This document shows, piece after piece, positions 1-9,118 of a stretch of 51,662 nucleotides of DNA (its first letter is position 1; every line of letters starts with the position of its first letter). Both the position numbers and the translations under genes were made by a program. This DNA comes from Rhodospirillaceae bacterium. GTDB lineage: Bacteria > Pseudomonadota > Alphaproteobacteria > Rhodospirillales > Rhodospirillaceae. The notes below the pieces were generated by a model. The model did no database searches, had not been told where the DNA came from, and saw only the letters and a program-made list of their open reading frames with translations. The stretch spans positions 1 through 51,662 of the forward strand of contig JAEUKM010000271.1 of NCBI GenBank assembly GCA_016793085.1, in the 5' to 3' direction.

Positions 1-480
1 ACCTCGGATGAGTGGATCAGGGCACGCTACGATCACTGTTTTCCCTACGCGCGCGATACCGAGATCGTGCACCGCAATCTCTACACCGTGCATCAGCGCG
101 TGGCCGAGTGCTTCCGCAAGGGCCGCGCGTTCCTGGCGGGCGACGCCGCGCACATCAACAACCCCCTGGGCGGCATGGGCATGAATTCCGGGATCGCCGA
201 CGGGCTGAACCTGGCCGAAAAGATCGTGAAGGTCTGGCGCGGCGAAGCGGATGATGCGGTGTTCGATCAGTACGACCGCCAGCGCCGCCCGCTGGCGCAG
301 AAATACGTGCAGGCCCAGTCCATCCAGAACAAAGAGACCTTACAGGCCAAGGACCCCGCGAAAGCCAATGCGCGCTTCGAGGACTTGCGCAAGACCGCCG
401 AGGACGCCAAGCGTCACAAGGCGTTTCTGATGAACTCGTCCTTGATCAACATGGCCCGCGAAGCCGCGGCCATTACGTAA
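1..480 (+). CDS. FAD-dependent monooxygenase, C-terminal part (5' end outside window)
   Basis: Frame 1 is open from base 1 (TSDEWIRARY...) into listed ORF 67..480. It contains GDAAHINNPLGGMGMNSGIADG, the GD-type FAD-contact motif of UbiH/PHBH-class flavoprotein hydroxylases. Stop at 478-480. Confidence 0.75.
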   Translation, partial: TSDEWIRARYDHCFPYARDTEIVHRNLYTVHQRVAECFRKGRAFLAGDAAHINNPLGGMGMNSGIADGLNLAEKIVKVWRGEADDAVFDQYDRQRRPLAQKYVQAQSIQNKETLQAKDPAKANARFEDLRKTAEDAKRHKAFLMNSSLINMAREAAAIT

Positions 481-485
481 CCTGA

Positions 486-1193
486 TTAGAAGCTGAAATC
501 GCGGCTGATGGTAACGGCGAAGCGGCCCTTGCACTTGCCGCCGCAGGCGATGTTGCCAGCATCGTGATAGCGGGCATCAACGTCGAACCACGGCGTGGCG
601 TACGTGGCGCCTGCGTTCCAATCCCAGTAGTCGTCGCCGCCGCGCGGGTCCAGTTCCGAGCGGCCGACATTCGCATCAATGCTGAATTCTTCCGTCAGCG
701 GAACCGAGAACCCAGTGGTGAGGTACACACTCTCGCCGGTGTCCCCGCCGTTGCGCGTGGTCAGGAACGCTGCCGCCGTCCAGGCGACGGGGCCGAAGTC
801 GTAACCTACCGAAGGGATCACTTCCCAGAAGTCGGCCTTGCTGCCCTTGGGCGCGCCCGGGAACAGGTAGTAGTAAAAAGAAAGATCGTAGGAGAAGCCG
901 TTGTCCAACTCCTGCGCGTAGCCGAAGCCCAGATCGACCTCGGCATCGGTGCCGTCGCCGAAGTCGACACCTGTGGCCCAGCTATCGACGTAAAAACCGC
1001 TCTCATGGTCCAGGCGCAGGCCTCCTTGCGGGGTGGCGTGGGCGTTGGTCTGGGTCAGGCCACGGTCGACCCATTGGCTGGTGAAGGCCAGATTGAGCGT
1101 GGGGGTCCATGCGCGTTCGGCCGGGGCATCCTGCGCCCGTGCGGTGGTGGTGGCCAACAGCGCTGCTGTGGCGCACAAAGCGACAAATCTCAT
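486..1193 (-). CDS. small outer-membrane beta-barrel protein (TIGR02001/Gcw_chp-like)
   Basis: Signal peptide MRFVALCATAALLATTTARA/QD, an aromatic/Gly-rich alternating strand pattern, and a C-terminal ...SRDFSF ending in Phe. Confidence 0.65.
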   Translation of the reverse strand: MRFVALCATAALLATTTARAQDAPAERAWTPTLNLAFTSQWVDRGLTQTNAHATPQGGLRLDHESGFYVDSWATGVDFGDGTDAEVDLGFGYAQELDNGFSYDLSFYYYLFPGAPKGSKADFWEVIPSVGYDFGPVAWTAAAFLTTRNGGDTGESVYLTTGFSVPLTEEFSIDANVGRSELDPRGGDDYWDWNAGATYATPWFDVDARYHDAGNIACGGKCKGRFAVTISRDFSF

Positions 1194-1329
1194 GCGGTCC
1201 CCCTAAATCGTGTTCGGGATGTTTATTTCAGGTGGAATTTTATGTTCGAATCACGAGCGCGCGAGAAGCCGGAAGATGGGTCATTGACCTGATCTTATGG
1301 TCTAGTTTCCAGAACACTTATACCGAAGG

Positions 1330-1689
1330 TTATTCGGGTGTCTTGTTTGGGCCGTCTTCTATCTTCATCAGGAGACGAGGCACGCGCCCGCCCTGTTTGA
1401 TGTGCGTGTTGAGAATCTCATCCACATCGGCCTCGGAGGCAAAACGGTACCAGACGCCGTCGGGATAGATCACCATGGTGGGCCCGAGTTCGCAGCGGTC
1501 CAGGCATCCGGCGGCGTTGATGCGAATGCCTTTCAATCCCATCTCCTTGGCTTTGATCTTCATGTAATCGCGTAAGGCGACCGAGCCCTTGCGCGCGCAA
1601 GAGCCGCGCGGGTGTCCTTCCGGGCGCACATTGGTGCAGCAGAAGACGTGGCATTGGAAATAAAGCGCTGGATCGCCGGTTTGCGGCAT
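1330..1689 (-). CDS. thioredoxin-like [2Fe-2S] ferredoxin domain protein
   Basis: Cys pattern CHVFCC...GSC...AAGCLDRCELGP, followed by the VIYPDGVWY motif typical of this family. Lies 38 bp downstream of the ABC ATPase gene on the same strand. Confidence 0.8.
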   Translation of the reverse strand: MPQTGDPALYFQCHVFCCTNVRPEGHPRGSCARKGSVALRDYMKIKAKEMGLKGIRINAAGCLDRCELGPTMVIYPDGVWYRFASEADVDEILNTHIKQGGRVPRLLMKIEDGPNKTPE

Positions 1690-1727
1690 GGCTTGGCCTT
1701 GTTCAGAACATCAATAATTGTTGAGGT

Positions 1728-2711
1728 TTAGCCGCGCCAGTGATGGCAGGCAACCTCTTGGCCCGCGCGGGCGGCATCCAGCGTGGGAATCTTCTCGGCG
1801 CAGACGCCGGTGGCCTTGGGACAGCGGGTGCGGAACACGCATCCTGAAGGCGGATTCAACGGCGACGGCGGATCGTCCGACAGAATAACGCGCGCCTTGG
1901 CGCGTTCCTTATCCGGGTCGGGGATCGGCACCGCAGCCATGAGCGCCTGAGTGTAGGGATGCAGGGGCGACTGATAGAGCGCATCCCGTTCGGCGAGTTC
2001 CATGACCTTGCCCAGATACAACACCATCACGCGATGGCTGATGTGGCGCACGACCGCAAGATCGTGGCTGATGAAAATGAGCGAGAGATTGAAGGCTTTT
2101 TGCAGATCCATCAGAAGATTGATCACCTGCGCGCGGATCGACACATCCAGCGCCGACACCGGCTCGTCGCAGATCACCAGCTTGGGGTTCAGGATCATGG
2201 CGCGCGCGATGCCGATGCGCTGACACTGCCCGCCCGAAAACTCATGCGGGTAGCGGTTGATCATGGCCGGGAGCAAACCCACCTTGGCCATCATGTCCTG
2301 CACTTTGGCTTTGCGTTCAACGGCACTCATGGCCGGAAAATAATTGCGTAAGGGTTCGGCGATGATGTCGCCCGCCGTCATGCGCGGATCCAGGCTGGCG
2401 AGCGGGTCCTGGAACACCACCTGCAAATCCTTGCGGCAGTCTTTCAATTCGCGCTTGGTCTGCTTGGTGAGATCGCATCCCAGCCACGACACCGAACCGG
2501 CCGTGGCGGACACCAGTTGCAGCACCGCCCGGCCCAGCGTGGATTTGCCGCAACCCGATTCGCCGACGACGCCTAAAGTTTCACCGGGCTGGAGATCAAA
2601 GCTGACGCCGTCCACCGCTTTCAGGGCGGCGAAACGTCGCACCACCACGCCGCCGGTGCGGACGGGGTAGTGAACTTTCAAGTCGCGGACTTTGAGTAAC
2701 GGCTCGGGCAT
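1728..2711 (-). CDS. oligopeptide/dipeptide ABC transporter ATP-binding protein (DppF/OppF-like)
   Basis: Walker A GESGCGKST, signature FSGGQCQRIGIARA, Walker B LVICDEPVSALD, and a Cys-rich oligopeptide C-terminal domain. I chose the ATG at 2709-2711 (MPEPLLKVRDL), which forms an ATGA overlap with the upstream stop. Confidence 0.9.
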   Translation of the reverse strand: MPEPLLKVRDLKVHYPVRTGGVVVRRFAALKAVDGVSFDLQPGETLGVVGESGCGKSTLGRAVLQLVSATAGSVSWLGCDLTKQTKRELKDCRKDLQVVFQDPLASLDPRMTAGDIIAEPLRNYFPAMSAVERKAKVQDMMAKVGLLPAMINRYPHEFSGGQCQRIGIARAMILNPKLVICDEPVSALDVSIRAQVINLLMDLQKAFNLSLIFISHDLAVVRHISHRVMVLYLGKVMELAERDALYQSPLHPYTQALMAAVPIPDPDKERAKARVILSDDPPSPLNPPSGCVFRTRCPKATGVCAEKIPTLDAARAGQEVACHHWRG

Positions 2712-3679
2712 CACGCGGCTTTCAGGTTGGCGAAGCACGCCTTGGCGCGCGTAGGCGCGGTTTGTTCCAATGCCGGGCGTTCGGCGCTACAGCGCTCGGA
2801 CGCATACCCGCAGCGGGGATGAAACGCGCAGCCCGCAGGCAGGCGCTGCAGGTTAGGCGGCTGGCCGGAAATCGTCGTCATCAGTCCGCCGCAGGCATCG
2901 TCCAGGCGCGGCGTGCAGGCCAAGAGGCCCTTGGTGTAGGGATGCTGCGGATCGGCGAAGATGCCGCGCACGTCGCCCACTTCGACGATGCGGCCGGCAT
3001 ACATGACAGCCACGCGGTCGGCCAACCCTGCAATGACGCCGAGATCGTGCGTGATCAGCACTACGGCGGTGTTCAGGCGTTCCTTCACATCGCGCAGGAT
3101 ATCGAGGATTTGCGCCTGCACGGTCACATCCAGCGCCGTGGTGGGTTCGTCCGCGATAATGGCTTCGGGGCTGCACATCAAGGCCATGGCGATCATCACA
3201 CGCTGGCGAAGGCCACCGGACAATTCGTGCGGATACATATCCAGCCGCCGCTCGGCTTCGGGCACTTGCACGCGTTTCAGCATGGCCAACGCCTGCTCGC
3301 GCGCTTGCGATATACTCGCCCCACGATGGCGGATCATCACCTCGCCCAGTTGGCGGCCGATCTTCATGTGGGGCGTCAGCGAGGTCATGGGGTCCTGGAA
3401 GATCATGCCCATGCGGTTGCCGCGTACGGTGTTCAGTGTGCCCTCGTCCGCGCCGATGAGATTCTTGCCGTCGAACAGAATTTCACCCCGTGCGGTTCCA
3501 TTTGTAGCCAGAAGCCCCATGGCCGCCATGAACGTCTGGCTTTTGCCCGAACCGGACTCGCCCACAATTCCGAGGCATTCCCCCTTTTGCAACGAGAGTG
3601 AGACATCGTTCACCGCCGACACCGCGCCGTCGGGGGTGGCGAAACTGACCGTGAGATTGCGGATATCGAGAATGGCCAT
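2711..3679 (-). CDS. oligopeptide/dipeptide ABC transporter ATP-binding protein (DppD/OppD-like)
   Basis: Walker A GESGSGKSQ, signature LSGGLRQRVMIAMA, Walker B IIADEPTTALD. I chose the start at MAILDIRNL (ATG 3677-3679). The 57-codon N-terminal extension in the ORF track is Arg/Ala-rich and overlaps the upstream permease. Confidence 0.9.
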   Translation of the reverse strand: MAILDIRNLTVSFATPDGAVSAVNDVSLSLQKGECLGIVGESGSGKSQTFMAAMGLLATNGTARGEILFDGKNLIGADEGTLNTVRGNRMGMIFQDPMTSLTPHMKIGRQLGEVMIRHRGASISQAREQALAMLKRVQVPEAERRLDMYPHELSGGLRQRVMIAMALMCSPEAIIADEPTTALDVTVQAQILDILRDVKERLNTAVVLITHDLGVIAGLADRVAVMYAGRIVEVGDVRGIFADPQHPYTKGLLACTPRLDDACGGLMTTISGQPPNLQRLPAGCAFHPRCGYASERCSAERPALEQTAPTRAKACFANLKAA

Positions 3680-3699
3680 GGGCGCTACCGGTGCTCCAA

Positions 3700-4620
3700 T
3701 TACCGATCCTTGGGGTCTAGCGCATCGCGCAGGCCGTCGCCCAGGAAGTTGAAACAGAACAGCGTCAGCGTCATGAGCCCTGCCGGCACCAAAAGCGCGC
3801 GCGGCGTTGACTCCATCTCCGCGGCGCCCTCGTTGATCAGCATGCCCCAACTGGTCATGGGCTCCTGGATACCCAGGCCCAGGAAACTCAAGAAGCTTTC
3901 AATCAAGATCACCTGAGGAATCGTCAGCGTGACGTAGACGATCACTACCCCCAGCACGTTGGGCACGATGTGGCGGATAATGATGGCGGCGGTGGACCCG
4001 CCAACGGCGCGCGCCGCTTCGATGAATTCCTTGTTTTTCAGAGTCAATGTCTGGCCGCGCACGATGCGCGCCATGGTCAGCCACTCGATGCAGCCAATCG
4101 CCAGGAACATCAGGATGAAATTGCGCCCGAACAGAACCATGAGAATGATGACAAAGAACGTCAGCGGCACGGTGTACATGAAATCGACAAAACGCATCAG
4201 CGCCTGATCAACGCGTCCGCCGACGAAACCGGCGATGGTGCCCACCGTGACGCCGATCACCAGCGCCACGAAGGTAGCGAGTAACCCGACCGTGAGCGAG
4301 ACGCGTCCGCCGAACAGCGCCCGGGCAAGCAAGTCGCGCCCCAGTGTGTCGGTGCCGAGATAGTGCCCGGTCTCAATGCTGGGCGGGGTCGCTTCCATGC
4401 GGTCCCAGTCGATCTGCTCGTATGTCCAGGGCAGGAAATGCGGCAGCGCAAAGCACGCGAAGCCCACGATGACCAGAATAACAAGGCTGACCAACGCCGC
4501 GCGGTTGGCCAGCAAACGCCGCCAGGCATCCTGCCAGAGGCTGCGGCCTTGAATGTCCTCGGCCGCGGTCAGCGCGGCGCCGTGGGGCGAAGACAGGTTG
4601 AGAGATGAACCGCTGTTCAT
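3700..4620 (-). CDS. ABC transporter permease (DppC/OppC-like)
   Basis: Multi-TM protein with a binding-protein-dependent transport EAA-loop region (IEAARAVGGSTAAIIIRHIVPN). Confidence 0.9.
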   Translation of the reverse strand: MNSGSSLNLSSPHGAALTAAEDIQGRSLWQDAWRRLLANRAALVSLVILVIVGFACFALPHFLPWTYEQIDWDRMEATPPSIETGHYLGTDTLGRDLLARALFGGRVSLTVGLLATFVALVIGVTVGTIAGFVGGRVDQALMRFVDFMYTVPLTFFVIILMVLFGRNFILMFLAIGCIEWLTMARIVRGQTLTLKNKEFIEAARAVGGSTAAIIIRHIVPNVLGVVIVYVTLTIPQVILIESFLSFLGLGIQEPMTSWGMLINEGAAEMESTPRALLVPAGLMTLTLFCFNFLGDGLRDALDPKDR

Positions 4621-4640
4621 GACTGGCTACTCATAACGGA

Positions 4641-5576
4641 CTACTCATAACGGACTCTGGGGTCGAGCAGGCCGTACAGCACGTCGACAATGATGTTCAT
4701 GGTGATGATCAGCGAGGCGCTGAGGATGGTCACGCCCATCACCAGGGTGTAATCGCGGTTGAGCGCGCCTTGCACGAAGTAGCGGCCGACGCCGGGCAGT
4801 TGGAAGATGGTTTCAATAACCATGGAGCCCGTCAGCATGAAAGCGATGCCCGGCCCCAGGAACGTCACCACCGGAATCAGCGCGGTTTTCAGTGCGTGGC
4901 GCACCACAACTGTGCGGAACGGCAGGCCCTTGGCCCGCGCGGTGCGCACGTAGTTCTGGCGCAGGGCCTCGATCATGCTGGCGCGGGTGATGCGGGCGAG
5001 ATAGGCGATGTAGACCAAGGACAGGCAGAACACCGGCAGGATGCGGTGTTCAAAGGCCCCGCCCTCCCACGTGCCGGCGGGAAGCTGGAAGGGCGTGCCC
5101 TTCAGCCCGATGGCGAAAATGAGAATCAGCACCGGCGCCATGACAAAGCTGGGCACAACAATGCCGGTCATGGCGAAGCCCATGACGGTATAGTCGGCTG
5201 CGGTGTTCTGCTTCAGGGCAGCGAAGATGCCAAGGGGCACGCCGATGAGAACGGCCAGCACCAGCGCGGCAAGGCCGTTCTGCGCCGAGACGGGAAAGCC
5301 TTGCCCGATCAGTTCGGTGACGGTGAAGTCCTTGTACTTGAACGACGGGCCGAAATCGCCCCGCGCCAGGTTCAGCATGTAGTCGGCGTACTGCTGCACC
5401 AGCGGCTTATCGAGGTTATAGGCCGCGCGCATGTTGGCGAGGATTTCGGGTGGTACGGGGGCTTCGGCGTCAAATGGGCCTCCGGGCGCGACCCGCATCA
5501 GGAAGAAGCAGACGGTGATGATGGCCAGAAGTGTCGGAATGGCGATCAGCAGCCGCCGCACGATAAACGATAGCAT
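4641..5576 (-). CDS. ABC transporter permease (DppB/OppB-like)
   Basis: N-terminus MLSFIVRRLLIAIPTLL and an EAA loop (YVRTARAKGLPFRTVVVRHALK), both typical of DppB/OppB. Confidence 0.9.
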   Translation of the reverse strand: MLSFIVRRLLIAIPTLLAIITVCFFLMRVAPGGPFDAEAPVPPEILANMRAAYNLDKPLVQQYADYMLNLARGDFGPSFKYKDFTVTELIGQGFPVSAQNGLAALVLAVLIGVPLGIFAALKQNTAADYTVMGFAMTGIVVPSFVMAPVLILIFAIGLKGTPFQLPAGTWEGGAFEHRILPVFCLSLVYIAYLARITRASMIEALRQNYVRTARAKGLPFRTVVVRHALKTALIPVVTFLGPGIAFMLTGSMVIETIFQLPGVGRYFVQGALNRDYTLVMGVTILSASLIITMNIIVDVLYGLLDPRVRYE

Positions 5577-5602
5577 GTCCGGGTTCGCCCCCTCCTGGGC
5601 CG

Positions 5603-5622
5603 GCGCGCCGCGGGCGGCGCGC
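5603..5622 (-). other. intercistronic GC stem-loop between the binding-protein and permease genes
   Basis: Perfect 8-bp stem GCGCGCCG/CGGCGCGC (5603-5610 / 5615-5622) with a 4-nt loop. On the minus-strand mRNA it lies between the SBP stop (5733) and the dppB-like RBS AGGAGGGGG. Confidence 0.5.
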
Positions 5623-5732
5623 TTTTATCTCTGCATCGTCTTACGACATCTGCACTGAGAATGACCATAGGGGGCCGCCCCGCGCCCGCCAAGAAAAACA
5701 AGCGCATTGCAAATAAGGCAGCGGATCAGCAT

Positions 5733-7205
5733 TCAGCGACGGATTGTTGCGGCATCACTGCCGGAAAGGCCCGGAACGTGCACTGTGGATGGGATGGTGG
5801 AATAAAAAAACAGCGGCCAAGCCGGCTGGTCTTCGATCAGCAAGGCCTCGGCTGAACGCCATTGGCTCAAGCGAAATTCGGGCGACAGGTCCGCATCGGC
5901 GGCCAGCATGAACTGGTCGAAAGCCGGTTCGCGGTAGCGGCCTGCGTTCCACGGGCCAGCCGCCTGACTGAAGGCAAACAAGGTCGAGGCCATGCTGTCC
6001 GCAGGCCCCTGGACGCCAGCCCAATTGGGGGGCCAGGCCACGTCGAAGTCGCCGTTCAGGATCGCCTCCTCGTAATCGCGCAGGGCCAGCACCGCTGGCT
6101 CGGCCTGAAAACCCAACGGGGCCCAGGCTTTTTGCAGCGCCGCCGCGACAGCCTCGTGAACAGGTTTGTCGGCCTGGAGATCGGGCATCACCACCTTGAT
6201 TGTCCGCCGCCGCAGCGGCGGCAAGTCCAAGAGCAGCGCTTCGGCGATGATATGCCGGTCGGACGCCGACAGCCGCGCATAAGGAGCCTGCACGGCCTCG
6301 GGCGCGGCCACGAAACTATAGGCAGGCGTCAGACCGGGAAGCCTGAGCGCCGCCACCAGCGCCTCGCGGTCGATCACCATGCTGAGGGCATGGCGAATTT
6401 CCCGCTGATCGAGCGGCGCACGCGTAACATTGACGGCAAGCTGGTAAAGCGCTGCAGGCCCGTCTGCGCCCGCCAGAGGCATGGCCCCTACCGTTATATC
6501 CGCCGCGGCCTGATCGGCTGTGAGAAGCATTTCATCGCGCGCGGGCCCCGGGTTTGCTGCATTAGGCTTCAGGACAAATCCGTTCATGCTGTGCGATAGG
6601 ACCATGGGGCCATCGCCAATCACATTTTCCTTCGCTGCCCACGCGTTTTTGAGGGCGGCGATACGATGCAGCGGAACCGGAGCCGCCACCGGCAGAGCCA
6701 ACACGCCCAGAAATTGATGCGACGGCCGGTCAAGCGTGATCACCACGGTGTTGCGGTCGGGTGCGGCCACGCCAAGCTTTGCGTTCGGGGCCAGCGTGCC
6801 CAGCCGGTAGGGCTCGGCATTCTTGATCGGCAAAAGAAGATTGTAGAATGGGGCTGCCGTGGCGGGATCGAGCGCGCGGGCCAGGCTGTTGGTTATGGTG
6901 TCGGCATCGATGCGCTTGCCGTCGGACCATGTAAGGCCCCGGCGCAATTCAAAGCGGTAGTTGAGACCGTCAGGGCTGACCGTCCAGCGTTCGGCAAGGC
7001 CGGGTTCAATTGCGCCGTCAGCATCCGCCGTCACCAAGCCGGTGAAGAGTTTGCGCGCAAGAAACTGCTCCGCCGATGTGACGGCGCGGTGCGGATCAAG
7101 CGTTTCAGGGATGGCGGGCACGGACACGCGCAACGCTTCTGCAACAGCAAGTGGCGTCCACACCAGAATGGCGCAGCAGAAGATCAGCGCGGACCGGAAG
7201 ACCAT
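5733..7205 (-). CDS. ABC transporter substrate-binding protein, family 5 (peptide/nickel type)
   Basis: Signal peptide MVFRSALIFCCAILVWTPLAVAEA and family-5 SBP-like sequence (LDPHRA..., GLAERW..SPDG..Y.F.LR.G..WSDG). ATG at 7203-7205 with GGAG upstream. The track start at 7223 is a GTG. Confidence 0.85.
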   Translation of the reverse strand: MVFRSALIFCCAILVWTPLAVAEALRVSVPAIPETLDPHRAVTSAEQFLARKLFTGLVTADADGAIEPGLAERWTVSPDGLNYRFELRRGLTWSDGKRIDADTITNSLARALDPATAAPFYNLLLPIKNAEPYRLGTLAPNAKLGVAAPDRNTVVITLDRPSHQFLGVLALPVAAPVPLHRIAALKNAWAAKENVIGDGPMVLSHSMNGFVLKPNAANPGPARDEMLLTADQAAADITVGAMPLAGADGPAALYQLAVNVTRAPLDQREIRHALSMVIDREALVAALRLPGLTPAYSFVAAPEAVQAPYARLSASDRHIIAEALLLDLPPLRRRTIKVVMPDLQADKPVHEAVAAALQKAWAPLGFQAEPAVLALRDYEEAILNGDFDVAWPPNWAGVQGPADSMASTLFAFSQAAGPWNAGRYREPAFDQFMLAADADLSPEFRLSQWRSAEALLIEDQPAWPLFFYSTIPSTVHVPGLSGSDAATIRR

Positions 7206-7239
7206 GCGCCATACTCCGCGCACGTGCGCAAAGGGCTTC

Positions 7240-8091
7240 TCAGCCCGCCTCGCTGATGACGGTGTTGGCCAGCGTGCCGATCTTCTCGATCTCCACTTCC
7301 ACCTTGTCGCCGGGCTTCAGCCACGGCGAAGGGTTGCGCCCCGCCGCGACACCGGCGGGCGTGCCGGTGGCGATAACATCGCCCGGCTCAAGGTGTGTGA
7401 AGGCCGAGATGTAGGCGATGATGTCGGTGATGGAATAGATCATCTGCGCGGTCGATTCGTTCTGCATCACCGCGCCATTTACCCGCGTCGTCAGCCGCAG
7501 GGCTTGCGGATTTGGCACCTGTGTTGCGGGCACCAGCCAGGGCCCGCAGGCACCCGAGGAGTCGAAATTTTTGCCGGCGGTGAAGGAATGCTTCTGGTAG
7601 TCGCGCAAAGACCCGTCCATGAAGCAGGTGTAGCCCGCCACGTGCGATAAGGCCTTGTCCTTAGAAATGTGCCGCCCGCCCTTGCCGATGATGACGGCCA
7701 GTTCGCCCTCGTAGTCGTACTGGCTTGAGACCTTGGGGCAGACGATGGACTGCTTGTGGCCCACCAGCGATTGCGGCGTGCGGATGAACAGGTTGGGATC
7801 TTTCGGTACGCCGCCGCCCATTTCGGCGGCATGGTCGCGGTAGTTCTTGCCGACGCAGATAATGCGCTGGGCATCGGGCACCACCTGATGCAGCACCACA
7901 TGGTCCAGACGCACGCTGGGTTTGCGCTTGGCAACAACGGCTTTCAGATTATCGAGCGGGCCCGTGGCCAGCACGGCACGCAGCGAAGGGCCCACGTCGG
8001 ACAGGTCAATCACCTCATCGCCCACGACAGCGCCGAAGGCCGGGCCGTGGGTGTGCTCGTAACTGACGAATTTCAGCGAATCGGTACTCAT
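7240..8091 (-). CDS. fumarylacetoacetate hydrolase (FAH) family protein
   Basis: FAH-fold motifs: GKNYRDHAAEMGG, YEGELAVIIGK, and ...PGDVIATGTPAGV near the C-terminus. Confidence 0.9.
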   Translation of the reverse strand: MSTDSLKFVSYEHTHGPAFGAVVGDEVIDLSDVGPSLRAVLATGPLDNLKAVVAKRKPSVRLDHVVLHQVVPDAQRIICVGKNYRDHAAEMGGGVPKDPNLFIRTPQSLVGHKQSIVCPKVSSQYDYEGELAVIIGKGGRHISKDKALSHVAGYTCFMDGSLRDYQKHSFTAGKNFDSSGACGPWLVPATQVPNPQALRLTTRVNGAVMQNESTAQMIYSITDIIAYISAFTHLEPGDVIATGTPAGVAAGRNPSPWLKPGDKVEVEIEKIGTLANTVISEAG

Positions 8092-8252
8092 CTGCCGTCC
8101 TCCGTGCCAGGGCGGTCCCTAAAAGCCATTCTGTCCTCAAAGCCATTCTGATTCTCGGGGCGCCCTGAACATAGTGTCGAAAGTGACAGGATGATAGCCC
8201 GGTGTTTGAAAATCCCGGCCCCCAGACGCGTCATTTCCGGCGGAAACCCGGC

Positions 8253-8669
8253 CTAACCATAGGTGTGCGGATAGATTTTCGAGCGCGGCTTGTAGCACAC
8301 CGCTTCGATTTCGATGCGGGCTTCGGGCGCCATCAGGTCGGCGCGGACCGTTGACCGGGCCGGGCGCGGTTCATCGAAATAGGTGGCGTAGATGCGGTTG
8401 AACGCGGCAAAATCCTCGCGGTCGGCAAGCCAGACGGTGCACTTGACCACATCGTCCATCTTGCACCCGGCCTGCTCCACCGTCGCCTGCAGCCGCTTCA
8501 TCACGGCATGAACTTGGTGCGCGATGTCGCCCGTCACCAGCGCGCCGTTCTCATCGCGCGGCAAGAGGCCTGAAATGAAAACGTAATCTCCGGCCCGAAT
8601 GGCGCTGGAGACTGTGCTGGAGGCATCATGGGGCTGAGCGCCCGTTGTTCCCGCTAAACGCCGCGGCAT
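8253..8669 (-). CDS. RidA/YjgF family protein
   Basis: AGDYVFISG near the N-terminus, and C-terminal PARSTV...IEIEAV typical of YjgF/RidA. Confidence 0.85.
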   Translation of the reverse strand: MPRRLAGTTGAQPHDASSTVSSAIRAGDYVFISGLLPRDENGALVTGDIAHQVHAVMKRLQATVEQAGCKMDDVVKCTVWLADREDFAAFNRIYATYFDEPRPARSTVRADLMAPEARIEIEAVCYKPRSKIYPHTYG

Positions 8670-8791
8670 CGCCGGTCCTTATGAATGAACGCCTGGTGCG
8701 GGCGCGACAGGGCCGGGGCCCGCGGCACGTACAGTGGCGGGAAGCAAAAACCGGGGCAAGAGTATTTAGGTCAACGCAGAGTCCGGCGGCT

Positions 8792-9094
8792 TTACTTGGG
8801 CGCTTCGGTGTAAAGACCGATGTCGAACACGCCCGAGCCGTCGCGCAAGGGTTTGATCTTGGTCTGGTACTCTTCCGAGTTCCAGAATTCCTTGGCCTTT
8901 TCCATCGAAGGCCATTTGGAGACCACCACCGCCCGGCCCTGGAGGTAGTCGCCGTCCAGAATGCTGTCGGCGGGCCCGCGCACCACGTATTCGGCGCCGT
9001 ACTTCGCCAGAAGTTCGGCCGATTTCCGTACGTACTCGGCAAAGCCGGGCGTGCGGTTGGTGATTTTCACGATGGCGACTTGATAGACGGGCAT
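8792..9094 (-). CDS. DUF1330 domain protein
   Basis: 100 aa. Pattern MPVYQVAIVKI...YGAEYVVRG...LDGD...VVVSKWPSMEKAKEFWNSEEYQ matches the DUF1330 dimeric alpha/beta-barrel family by eye. Confidence 0.85.
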   Translation of the reverse strand: MPVYQVAIVKITNRTPGFAEYVRKSAELLAKYGAEYVVRGPADSILDGDYLQGRAVVVSKWPSMEKAKEFWNSEEYQTKIKPLRDGSGVFDIGLYTEAPK

Positions 9095-9118
9095 GCTGCT
9101 TTTTCCTTGTGGTTGAAT

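Noticed and set aside
2711-3850. Long N-terminal extensions offered by the ORF track. Examples: 2711..3850, 23930..25228, 25191..26681, 26462..27466, 31673..32557, 40529..41902, 27476..28063, 30138..30647
   Set aside because: The extensions overlap neighbouring genes or divergent promoter regions and are compositionally non-protein-like. Internal ATG/GTG starts give canonical N-termini, often with an RBS or ATGA coupling, so I trimmed the calls.
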